Assembly: GCA_964016885.1 (NCBI GenBank)
Contig: OZ024741.1
Coordinates: 101,184,001 to 101,248,000, forward strand
DNA from: Eledone cirrhosa
Taxonomy: Eukaryota
Reading direction: 5' to 3'
Length of the DNA stretch: 64,000 bases
The position numbers and the translations under genes are program-made. The notes beneath the pieces were generated by a model, which saw only the letters and a program-made list of their open reading frames with translations, was not told where the DNA came from and did no database searches. Below are positions 48,001 through 60,000 of the stretch, one piece after another. Numbering within the stretch: the stretch's first letter is position 1; every line of letters begins with the position of its first letter.

Positions 48001-51000
48001 AATGGTGTTGTTGTTGTTGTTGTTGCTGGAGGGGGTATTGGAGTCACTGTTGTCAGTAATGGTGTTGTTGTTGTTGTTGTTGCTGGAGGAGGTATTGGAG
48101 TCACTGTTGTCAGTAATGGTGTTGTTGTTGTTGTTGTTGCTGGAGGGGGTATTGGAGTCACTGTTGTCAGTAATGGTGTTGTTGTTGTTGTTGTTGTTGC
48201 TGGAGGGGGTATTGGAGTCACTGTTGTCAGTAATGGTGTTGTTGTTGTTGTTGTTGCTGGAGGGGGTATTGGAGTCACTGTTGTCAATAATGGTGTTGTT
48301 GTTGTTGTTGTTGCTGGAGGAGGTATTGGAGTCACTGTTGTCAGTAATGGTGTTGTTGTTGTTGTTGCTGGAGGGGGTATTGGAGTCACTGTTGTCAATA
48401 ATAGTGATGTTGATGTTGTTGTTGTTGCTGGAGGGGGTATTGGAGTCACTGTTGTCAGTAATGGTGTTGTTGTTGTTGTTGCTGGAGGGGGTATTGGAGT
48501 CACTGTTGTCAGTAATGGTGTTGTTGTTGTTGTTGTTGCTGGAGGAGGTATTGGAGTCACTGTTGTCAGTAATGGTGTTGTTGTTGTTGTTGTTGTTGCT
48601 GGAGGAGGTATTGGAGTCACTGTTGTGAATAATGGTGTTGTTGATGTTGTTGTTGTTGCTGGAGGGGGTATTGGAGTCACTGTTGTCAGTAATGGTGTTG
48701 TTGTTGTTGTTGCTGGAGGAGGTATTGGAGTCACTGTTGTCAGTAATGGTGTTGTTGTTGTTGTTGTTGCTGGAGGGGGTATTGGAGTCACTGTTGTCAA
48801 TAATGGTGTTGTTGTTGTTGTTGCTGGAGGAGGTATTGGAGTCACTGCTGTCAATAATGGTGTTGTTGTTGTTGTTGCTGGAGGGGGTATTGGAGTCACT
48901 GTTGTCAATAATGGTGTTGTTGTTGTTGTTGCTGGAGGGGGTATTGGAGTCACTGTTGTCAATAATGGTGTTGTTGTTGTTGTTGTTGCTGGAGGGGGTA
49001 TTGGAGTCACTGTTGTCAGTAATGGTGTTGTTGTTGTTGTTGCAGGAGGAGGTATTGGCGTCACTGTTGTCAGTAATGGTGTTGTTGTTGTTGTTGTTGT
49101 TGTTGCTGGAGGAGGTATTGGAGTCACTGTTGTCAGTAATGGTGTTGTTGTTGTTGTTGCTGGAGGGGGTATTGGAGTCACTGTTGTCAGTAATGGTGTT
49201 GTTGTTGTTGTTGTTGCTGGAGGGGGTATTGGAGTCACTGTTGTCAATAATGGTGTTGTTGTTGTTGTTGTTGCTGGAGGGGGTATTGGAGTCACTGTTG
49301 TCAATAATGGTGTTGTTGTTGTTGTTGTTGCTGGAGGGGGTATTGGAGTCACTGTTGTCAATAATGGTGTTGTTGTTGTTGTTGTTGCTGGAGGGGGTAT
49401 TGGAGTCACTGTTGTCAATAATGGTGTTGTTTTTGTTGTTGTTGCTGGAGGGGGTATTGGAGTCACTGTTGTCAATAATGGTGTTGTTGTTGTTGTTGTT
49501 GCTGGAGGGGGTATTGGAGTCACTGTTGTCAATAATGGTGTTGTTGTTGTTGTTGTTGCTGGAGGGGGTATTGGAGTCACTGTTGTCAATAATGGTGTTG
49601 TTGTTGTTGTTGTTGCTGGAGGAGGTATTGGAGTCACTGTTGTCAATAATGGTGTTGTTGTTGTTGTTGTTGCTGGAGGGGGTATTGGAGTCACTGTTGT
49701 CAGTAATGGTGTTGTTGTTGTTGTTGCTGGAGGGGGTATTGGAGTCACTGTTGTGAATAATGGTGTTGTTGTTGTTGTTGGTGGAGGGGGTATTGGAGTC
49801 ACTGTTGTCAGTAATGGTGTTGTTGTTGTTGTTGTTGCTGGAGGGGGTATTGGAGTCACTGTTGTGAATAATGGTGTTGTTGTTGTTGTTGTTGCTGGAG
49901 GAGGTATTGGAGTCACTGTTGTCAATAATGGTGTTGTTGTTGTTGTTGTTGCTGGAGGGGGTATTGGAGTCACTGTTGTCAATAATGGTGTTGTTGTTGT
50001 TGTTGTTGCTGGAGGGGGTATTGGAGTCACTGTTGTCAGTAATGGTGTTGTTGTTGTTGTTGTTGCTGGAGGAGGTATTGGAGTCACTGGTGTCAATAAT
50101 GGTGTTGTTGTTGTTGTTGTTGCTGGAGGAGGTATTGGAGTCACTGTTGTCAATAATGGTGTTGTTGTTGTTGTTGCTAGAGGGGGTATTGGAGTCACTG
50201 TTGTGAATAATGGTGTTGTTGATGTTGTTGTTGTTGCTGGAGGGGGTATTGGAGTCACTGTTGTCAATAATGGTGTTGTTGTTGTTGTTGTTGCTGGAGG
50301 GGGTATTGGAGTCACTGTTGTCAATAATGGTGGTATTGTTGTTGTTGTTGTTGCTGGAGGGGGTATTGGAGTCACTGTTGTCAGTAATGGTGTTGTTGTT
50401 GTTGTTGCTGGAGGGGGTATTGGAGTCACTGTTGTCAATAATGGTGTTGTTGTTGTTGTTGCTGGAGGGGGTATTGGAGTCACTGTTGTCAGTAATGGTG
50501 TTGTTGTTGTTGTTGCTGGAGGAGGTATTGGAGTCACTGTTGTCAGTAATGGTGTTGTTGTTGTTGTTGTTGCTGGAGGGGGTATTGGAGTCACTGTTGT
50601 CAATAATGGTGTTGTTGTTGTTGTTGTTGCTGGAGGGGGTATTGGAGTCACTGTTGTCAGTAATGGTGTTGTTGTTGTTGTTGCTGGAGGGGGTATTGGA
50701 GTCACTGTTGTGAATAATGGTGTTGTTGTTGTTGTTGTTGCTGGAGGGGGTATTGGAGTCACTGTTGTGAATAATGGTGGTATTGTTGTTGTTGTTGTTG
50801 CTGGAGGGGGTATTGGAGCCACTGTTGTCAGTAATGGTGTTGTTGTTGTTGTTGTTGCTTGAGGAGGTATTGGAGTCACTGTTGTCAGTAATGGTGTTGT
50901 TGTTGTTGTTGTTGCTGGAGGGGGTATTGGAGTCACTGTTGTCAGTAATGGTGTTGTTGTTGTTGTTGTTGCTGGAGGGGGTATTGGAGTCACTGTTGTC

Positions 51001-54000
51001 AGTAATGGTGTTGTTGTTGTTGTTGTTGCTGGAGGGGGTATTGGAGTCACTGTTGTCAATAATGGTGTTGTTGTTGTTGCTGGAGGGGGTATTGGAGTCA
51101 CTGTTGTCAGTAATGGTGTTGTTGTTGTTGTTGCTGGAGGGTGTATTGGAGTCACTGTTGTCAATAATAGTGTTGTTGATGTTGTTGTTGTTGCTGGAGG
51201 GGGTATTGGAGTCACTGTTGTCAGTAATGGTGTTGTTGTTGTTGTTGCTGGAGGGGGTATTGGAGTCACTGTTGTGAATAATGGTGGTATTGTTGTTGTT
51301 GTTGTTGCTGGAGGGGGTATTGGAGTCACTGTTGTCAGTAATGGTGTTGTTGTTGTTGTTGTTGCTGGAGGAGGTATTGGAGTCACTGTTGTCAGTAATG
51401 GTGTTGTTGTTGTTGTTGTTGTTGCTGGAGGAGGTATTGGAGTCACTGTTGTGAATAATGGTGTTGTTGATGTTGTTGTTGTTGCTGGAGGGGGTATTGG
51501 AGTCACTGTTGTCAGTAATGGTGTTGTTGTTGTTGTTGCTGGAGGAGGTATTGGAGTCACTGTTGTCAGTAATGGTGTTGTTGTTGTTGTTGTTGCTGGA
51601 GGGGGTATTGGAGTCACTGTTGTCAATAATGGTGTTGTTGTTGTTGTTGCTGGAGGGGGTATTGGAGTCACTGTTGTCAATAATGGTGTTGTTGTTGTTG
51701 TTGCTGGAGGGGGTATTGGAGTCACTGTTGTCAATAATGGTGTTGTTGTTGTTGTTGTTGCTGGAGGGGGTATTGGAGTCACTGTTGTCAGTAATGGTGT
51801 TGTTGTTGTTGTTGCAGGAGGAGGTATTGGCGTCACTGTTGTCAGTAATGGTGTTGTTGTTGTTGTTGTTGTTGCTGGAGGAGGTATTGGAGTCACTGTT
51901 GTCAGTAATGGTGTTGTTGTTGTTGTTGCTGGAGGGGGTATTGGAGTCACTGTTGTCAGTAATGGTGTTGTTGTTGTTGTTGTTGGTGCTGGAGGAGGTA
52001 TTGGAGTCACTGTTGTCAGTAATGGTGTTGTTGTTGTTGTTGTTGCTGGAGGGGGTATTGGAGTCACTCTTGTCAATAATGGTGTTGTTGTTGTTGTTGC
52101 TGGAGGGGGTATTGGAGTCACTGTTGTCAATAATGGTGTTGTTGTTGTTGTTGTTGCTGGAGGAGGTATTGGAGTCACTGTTGTCAATAATGGTGTTGTT
52201 GTTGTTGTTGTTGCTGGAGGGGGTATTGGAGTCACTGTTGTCAGTAATGGTGTTGTTGTTGTTGTTGTTGCTGGAGGGGGTATTGGAGTCACTGTTGTCA
52301 ATAATGGTGTTGTTTTTGTTGTTGTTGCTGGAGGGGGTATTGGAGTCACTGTTGTCAATAATGGTGTTGTTTTTGTTGTTGTTGCTGGAGGGGGTATTGG
52401 AGTCACTGTTGTCAATAATGGTGTTGTTTTTGTTGTTGTTGCTGGAGGGGGTATTGGAGTCACTGTTGTCAATAATGGTGTTGTTTTTGTTGTTGTTGCT
52501 GGAGGGGGTATTGGAGTCACTGTTGTCAATAATGGTGTTGTTGTTGTTGTTGTTGCTGGAGGGGGTATTGGAGTCACTGTTGTCAATAATGGTGTTGTTG
52601 TTGTTGTTGTTGCTGGAGGGGGTATTGGAGTCACTGTTGTCAATAATGGTGTTGTTGTTGTTGTTGTTGCTGGAGGGGGTATTGGAGTCACTGTTGTCAA
52701 TAATGGTGTTGTTTTTGTTGTTGTTGCTGGAGGGGGTATTGGAGTCACTGTTGTCAATAATGGTGTTGTTGTTGTTGTTGCTGGAGGAGGTATTGGAGTC
52801 ACTGTTGTCAGTAATGGTGTTGTTGTTGTTGTTGCTGGAGTGGGTATTGGAGTCACTGTTGTCAGTAATGGTGTTGTTGTTGTTGTTGTTGGTGCTGGAG
52901 GAGGTATTGGAGTCACTGTTGTCAGTAATGGTGTTGTTGTTGTTGTTGTTGCTGGAGGGGGTATTGGAGTCACTGTTGTCAATAATGGTGTTGTTGTTGT
53001 TGTTGCTGGAGGGGGTATTGGAGTCACTGTTGTCAGTAATGGTGTTGTTGTTGTTGTTGTTGCTGGAGGAGGTATTGGAGTCACTGTTGTCAATAATGGT
53101 GTTGTTGTTGTTGTTGTTGCTGGAGGAGGTATTGGAGTCACTGTTGTCAGTAATGGTGTTGTTGTTGTTGTTGTTGCTGGAGGGGTATTGGAGTCACTGT
53201 TGTCAGTAATGGTGTTGTTGTTGTTGTTGTTGGTGCTGGAGGAGGTATTGGAGTCACTGTTGTCAGTAATGGTGTTGTTGTTGTTGTTGTTGCTGGAGGG
53301 GGTATTGGAGTCACTGTTGTCAATAATGGTGTTGTTGTTGTTGTTGCTGGAGGGGGTATTGGAGTCACTGTTGTCAGTAATGGTGTTGTTGTTGTTGTTG
53401 TTGCTGGAGGAGGTATTGGAGTCACTGTTGTCAATAATGGTGTTGTTGTTGTTGTTGTTGCTGGAGGAGGTATTGGAGTCACTGTTGTCAGTAATGGTGT
53501 TGTTGTTGTTGTTGTTGCTGGAGGGGTATTGGAGTCACTGTTGTCAGTAATGGTGTTGTTGTTGTTGTTGTTGGTGGAGGGGGTATTGGAGTCACTGTTG
53601 TCAGTAATGGTGTTGTTGATGTTGTTGTTGCTGGAGGGGGTATTGGAGTCACTGTTGTCAGTAATGGTGTTGTTGTTGTTGTTGTTGCTGGAGGGGGTAT
53701 TGGAGTCACTGTTGTCAATAATGGTGTTGTTGTTGTTGTTGTTGCTGGACGGGGTATTGGAGTCACTGTTGTCAATAATGGTGTTGTTGTTGTTGTTGTT
53801 GCTGGAGGAGGTATTGGAGTCACTGTTGTCAGTAATGGTGTTGTTGTTGTTGTTGTTGCTGGAGGAGGTATTGGAGTCACTGTTGTCAGTAATGGTGTTG
53901 TTGATGTTGTTGTTGCTGGAGGGGGTATTGGAGTCACTGTTGTCAGTAATGGTGTTGTTGTTGTTGTTGTTGCTGGAGGGGGTATTGGAGTCACTGTTGT

Positions 54001-57000
54001 CAGTAATGGTGTTGTTGTTGTTGTTGTTGCTGGAGGGGGTATTGGAGTCACTGTTGTCAATAATAGTGTTGTTGTTGTTGTTGCTGGAGGGGGTATTGGA
54101 GTCACTGTTGTCAATAATGGTGTTGTTGTTGTTGTTGTTGCTGGAGGAGGTATTGGAGTCACTGTTGTCAGTAATGGTGTTGTTGTTGTTGTTGTTGCTG
54201 GAGGGGGTATTGGAGTCACTGTTGTCAATAATGGTGTTGTTGTTGTTGTTGTTGCTGGAGGGGGTATTGGAGTCACTGTTGTCAGTAATGGTGTTGTTGT
54301 TGTTGTTGTTGCTGGAGGGGGTATTGGAGTCACTGTTGTCAATAATAGTGTTGTTGTTGTTGTTGCTGGAGGGGGTATTGGAGTCACTGTTGTCAATAAT
54401 GGTGTTGTTGTTGTTGTTGTTGCTGGAGGGGGTATTGGAGTCACTGTTGTCAGTAATGGTGTTGTTGTTGATGTTGTTGCTGGAGGGGGTATTGGAGTCA
54501 CTGTTGTCAGTAATGGTGTTGTTGTTGTTGTTGTTGCTGGAGGAGGTATTGGAGTCACTGTTGTCAGTAATGGTGTTGTTGTTGTTGTTGTTGCTGGAGG
54601 GGGTATTGGAGTCACTGTTGTCAATAATGGTGTTGTTGTTATTGTTGCTGGAGGGGGTATTGGAGTCACTGTTGTCAATAATGGTGTTGTTGTTGTTGTT
54701 GTTGCTGCTGGAGGGGGTATTGGAGTCACTGTTGTCAATAATGGTGTTGTTGTTGTTGTTGTTGCTGGAGGGGGTATTGGAGTCACTGTTGTCAGTAATG
54801 GTGTTGTTGTTGTTGTTGTTGCTGGAGGGGGTATTGGAGTCACTGTTGTCAGTAATGGTGTTGTTGTTGTTGTTGTTGCTGGAGGGGGTATTGGAGTCAC
54901 TGTTGTCAATAATGGCGTTGTTGTTGTTGTTGCTGGAGGGGGTATTGGAGTCACTGTTGTCAATAATGGTGTTGTTGTTGTTGTTGGTGCTGGAGGGGGT
55001 ATTGGAGTCACTGTTGTCAATAATGGTGTTGTTGTTGTTGTTGTTGCTGGAGGGGGTATTGGAGTCACTGTTGTCAGTAATGGTGTTGTTGTTGTTGTTG
55101 TTGCTGGAGGGGGTATTGGAGTCACTGTTGTCAGTAATGGTGTTGTTGTTGTTGTTGTTGCTGGAGGGGGTATTGGAGTCACTGTTGTCAATAATGGTGT
55201 TGTTGTTGTTGTTGCTGGAGGGGGTATTGGAGTCACTGTTGTCAATAATGGTGTTGTTGTTGTTGTTGTTGCTGGAGGGGGTATTGGAGTCACTGTTGTC
55301 AGTAATGGTGTTGTTGTTGTTGTTGTTGCTGGAGGGGGTATTGGAGTCACTGTTGTCAATAATGGTGTTGTTGTTGTTGTTGTTGCTGGAGGGGGTATTG
55401 GAGTCACTGTTGTCAATAATGGTGTTGTTGTTGTTGTTGCTGGAGGGGGTATTGGAGTCACTGTTGTCAATAATGGTGTTGTTGTTGTTGTTGCTGGAGG
55501 GGGTATTGGAGTCACTGTTGTCAATAATGGTGTTGTTGTTGTTGTTGTTGTTGCTGGAGGGGGTATTGGAGTCACTGTTGTCAGTAATGGTGTTGTTGTT
55601 GTTGTTGTTGCTGGAGGGGGTATTGGAGTCACTGTTGTCAATAATGGTGTTGTTGTTGTTGTTGCTGGAGGAGGTATTGGAGTCACTGTTGTCAATAATG
55701 GTGTTGTTGTTGTTGTTGCTGGAGGGGGTATTGGAGTCACTGTTGTCAATAATGATGTTGTTGTTGTTGTTGCTGGAGGGGGTATTGGAGTCACTTTTGT
55801 CAATAATGGTGTTGTTGTTGTTGTTGTTGCTGGAGGGGGTATTGGAGTCACTGTTGTCAGTAATGGTGTTGTTGTTGTTGTTGTTGCTGGAGGAGGTATT
55901 GGAGTCACTGTTGTCAATAATGGTGTTGTTGTTGTTGTTGTTGGAGGAGGTATTGGAGTCACTGTTGTCAGTAATGGTGTTGTTGTTGTTGTTGCTGGAG
56001 GGGGTATTGGAGTCACTATTGTCAGTAATGGTGTTGTTGTTGTTGTTGTTGCTGGAGGGGGTATTGGAGTCACTGTTGTCAATAATGGTGTTGTTGTTGT
56101 TGTTGCTGGAGGAGGTATTGGAGTCACTGTTGTCAATAATGGTGTTGTTGTTGTTGTTGTTGCTGGAGGGGGTATTGGAGTCACTGTTGTCAATAATGGT
56201 GTTGTTGTTGTTGTTGCTGGAGGGGGTATTGGAGTCACTGTTTTCAGTAATGGTGTTGTTGTTGTTGTTGCTGGAGGGGTTATTGGAGTCACTGTTGTCA
56301 ATAATGGTGTTGTTGTTGTTGTTGTTGCTGGAGGGGGTATTGGAGTCACTGTTGTCAGTAATGGTGTTGTTGTTGTTGTTGTTGCTGGAGGGGGTATTGG
56401 AGTCACTGTTTTCAGTAATGGTGTTGTTGTTGTTGTTGCTGGAGGGGGTATTGGAGTCACTGTTTTCAGTAATGGTGTTGTTGTTGTTGTTGCTGGAGGA
56501 GGTATTGGAGTCACTGTTGTCAATAATGGTGTTGTTGTTGTTGTTGCTGGAGGGGGTATTGGAGTCACTGTTGTCAATAATGGTGTTGTTGTTGTTGTTG
56601 TTGCTGGAGGGGGTATTGGAGTCACTGTTGTCAGTAATGGTGTTGTTGTTGTTGTTGCTGGAGGAGGTATTGGAGTCACTGTTGTCAATAATGGTGTTGT
56701 TGTTGTTGTTGCTGGAGGGGGTATTGGAGTCACTGTTTTCAGTAATGGTGTTGTTGTTGTTGTTGCTGGAGGAGGTATTGGAGTCACTGTTGTCAATAAT
56801 GGTGTTGTTGTTGTTGTTGTTGCTGGAGGGGGTATTGGAGCCACTGTTGTCAGTAATGGTGTTGTTGTTGTTGTTGCTGGAGGAGGTATTGGAGTCACTG
56901 TTGTCAATAATGGTGTTGTTGTTGTTGTTGCTGGAGGAGGTATTGGAGTCACTGTTGTCAATAATGGTGTTGTTGTTGTTGTTGTTGCTGGAGGGGGTAT

Positions 57001-60000
57001 TGGAGTCACTGTTGTCAGTAATGGTGTTGTTGTTGGTGTTGCTGGAGGAGGTATTGGAGTCACTGTTGTCAATAATGGTGTTGTTGTTGTTGTTGCTGGA
57101 GGGGGTATTGGAGTCACTGTTTTCAGTAATGGTGTTGTTGTTGTTGTTGCTGGAGGGGGTATTGGAGTCACTGTTGTCAATAATGGTGTTGTTGTTGTTG
57201 TTGCTGGAGGGGGTATTGGAGTCACTGTTGTCAATAATGGTGTTGTTGTTGTTGTTGCTGGAGGGGGTATTGGAGTCACTGTTGTCAATAATGGTGTTGT
57301 TGTTGTTGTTGCTGGAGGGGGTATTGGAGTCACTGTTTTCAGTAATGGTGTTGTTGTTGTTGTTGCTGGAGGGGGTATTGGAGTCACTGTTGTCAATAAT
57401 GGTGTTGTTGTTGTTGTTGCTGGAGGGGGTATTGGAGTCACTGTTGTCAATAATGGTGTTGTTGTTGTTGTTGCTGGAGGAGGTATTGGAGTCACTGTTG
57501 TCAATAATGGTGTTGTTGTTGTTGTTGCTGGAGGAGGTATTGGAGTCACTGTTGTCAATAATGGTGTTGTTGTTGTTGTTGCTGGAGGAGGTATTGGAGT
57601 CACTGTTGTCAATAATGGTGTTGTTGTTGTTGTTGCTGGAGGGGGTATTGGAGTCACTGTTGTCAATAATGGTGTTGTTGTTGTTGTTGCTGGAGGGGGT
57701 ATTGGAGTCACTGTTGTCAATAATGGTGTTGTTGTTGTTGTTGTTGCTGGAGGAGGTATTGGAGTCACTGTTGTCAGTAATGGTGTTGCTGTTGTTGTTG
57801 TTGCTGGAGGAGGTATTGGAGTCACTGGTGTCAATAATGGTGTTGTTGTTGTTGTTGCTGGAGGGGGTATTGGAGTCACTGTTGTCAATAATGGTGTTGT
57901 TGTTGTTGTTGCTGGAGGAGGTATTGGAGTCACTGTTGTCAATAATGGTGTTGTTGTTGTTGTTGTTGCTGGAGGGGGTATTGGAGTCACTGTTGTCAAT
58001 AATGGTGTTGTTGTTGTTGTTGCTGGAGGAGGTATTGGAGTCACTGTTGTCAATAATGGTGTTGTTGTTGTTGTTGCTGGAGGAGGTATTGGAGTCACTG
58101 TTGTCAATAATGGTGTTGTTGTTGTTGTTGCTGGAGGGGGTATTGGAGTCACTGTTGTCAATAATGGTGTTGTTGTTGTTGTTGTTGTTGCTGGAGGGGG
58201 TATTGGAGTCACTGTTGTGAATAATGGTGTTGTTGTTGTTGTTGTTGTTGCTGGAGGAGGTATTGGAGTCACTGTTGTCAGTAATGGTGTTGTTGTTATT
58301 GTTGCTGGAGGGGGTATTGGAGTCACTGTTATCAGTAATGGTGTTGTTGTTGTTGTTGTTGTTGGTGCTGGAGGAGGTATTGGAGTCACTGTTGTCAGTA
58401 ATGGTGTTGTTGTTGTTGTTGTTTCTGGAGGGGGTATTGGAGTCACTCTTGTCAATAATGGTGTTGTTGTTGTTGTTGCTGGAGGAGGTATTGGAGTCAC
58501 TGTTGTCAGTAATGGTGTTGTTGTTGTTGTTGTTGCTGGAGGGGGTATTGGAGTCACTGTTGTCAATAATGGTGTTGTTGTTGTTGTTGTTGCTGGAGGG
58601 GGTATTGGAATCACTGTTGTCAATAATGGTGTTGTTGTTGTTGTTGTTGTTGCTGGAGGGGGTATTGGAGTCACTGTTGTCAGTAATGGTGTTGTTGTTG
58701 TTGTTGCTGGAGGGGGTATTGGAGTCACTGTTGTGAATAATGGTGATGTTGATGTTGTTGTTGTTGCTGGAGGGGGTATTGGAGTCACTGTTGTCAGTAA
58801 TGGTGTTGTTGTTGTTGTTGCTGGAGGGGGTATTGGAGTCACTGTTGTCAATAATGGTGTTGTTGTTGTTGTTGTTGCTGGAGGGGGTATTGGAGTCACT
58901 GTTGTCAGTAATGGTGTTGTTGTTGTTGTTGTTGCTGGAGGGGGTATTGGAGTCACTGTAGTGAATAATGGTGTTGTTGATGTTGTTGTTGTTGCTGGAG
59001 GGGGTATTGGAGTCACTGTTGTCAGTAATGGTGTTGTTGTTGTTGTTGTTGTTGCTGGAGGGGGTATTGGAGTCACTGTTGTCAGTAATGGTGTTGTTGT
59101 TGTTGTTGTTGCTGGAGGAGGTATTGGAGTCACTGTTGTCAGTAATGGTGTTGTTGTTGTTGTTGTTGCTGGAGGGGGTATTTGAGTCACTGTTGTCAAT
59201 AATGGTGTTGTTGTTGTTGTTGTTGCTGGAGGGGGTATTGGAGTCACTGTTGTCAATAATGGTGGTATTGTTGTTGTTGTTGTTGCTGGAGGGGGTATTG
59301 GAGTCACTGTTGTCAATAATGGTGGTATTGTTGTTGTTGTTGTTGCTGGAGGAGGTATTGGAGTCACTGTTGTCAGTAATGGTGTTGTTGTTGTTGTTGC
59401 TGGAGGGGGTATTGGAGTCACTGTTGTCAATAATGGTGTTGTTGTTGTTGTTGTTGCTGGAGGGGGTATTGGAGTCACTGTTGTCAGTAATGGTGTTGTT
59501 GTTGTTGTTGCTGGAGGGGGTATTGGAGTCACTGTTGTCAATAATGGTGTTGTTGTTGTTGTTGTTGCTGGAGGGGGTATTGGAGTCACTGTTGTCAGTA
59601 ATGGTGTTGTTGTTGTTGTTGTTGCTGGAGGGGGTATTGGAGTCACTGTTGTCAGTAATGGTGTTGTTGTTGTTGTTGCTGGAGGGGGTATTGGAGTCAC
59701 TGTTGTCAATAATGGTGTTGTTGTTGTTGTTGTTGCTGGAGGGGGTATTGGAGTCACTGTTGTCAGTAATGGTGTTGTTGTTGTTGTTGTTGCTGGAGGG
59801 GGTATTGGAGTCACTGTTGTCAGTAATGGTGTTGTTGTTGTTGTTGTTGTTGCTGGAGGAGGTATTGGAGTCACTGTTGTCAGTAATGGTGTTGTTGTTG
59901 TTGTTGTTGCTGGAGGGGGTATTGGAGTCACTGTTGTCAGTAATGGTGTTGTTGTTGTTGTTGTTGTTGCTGGAGGGGGTATTGGAGTCACTGTTGTCAG

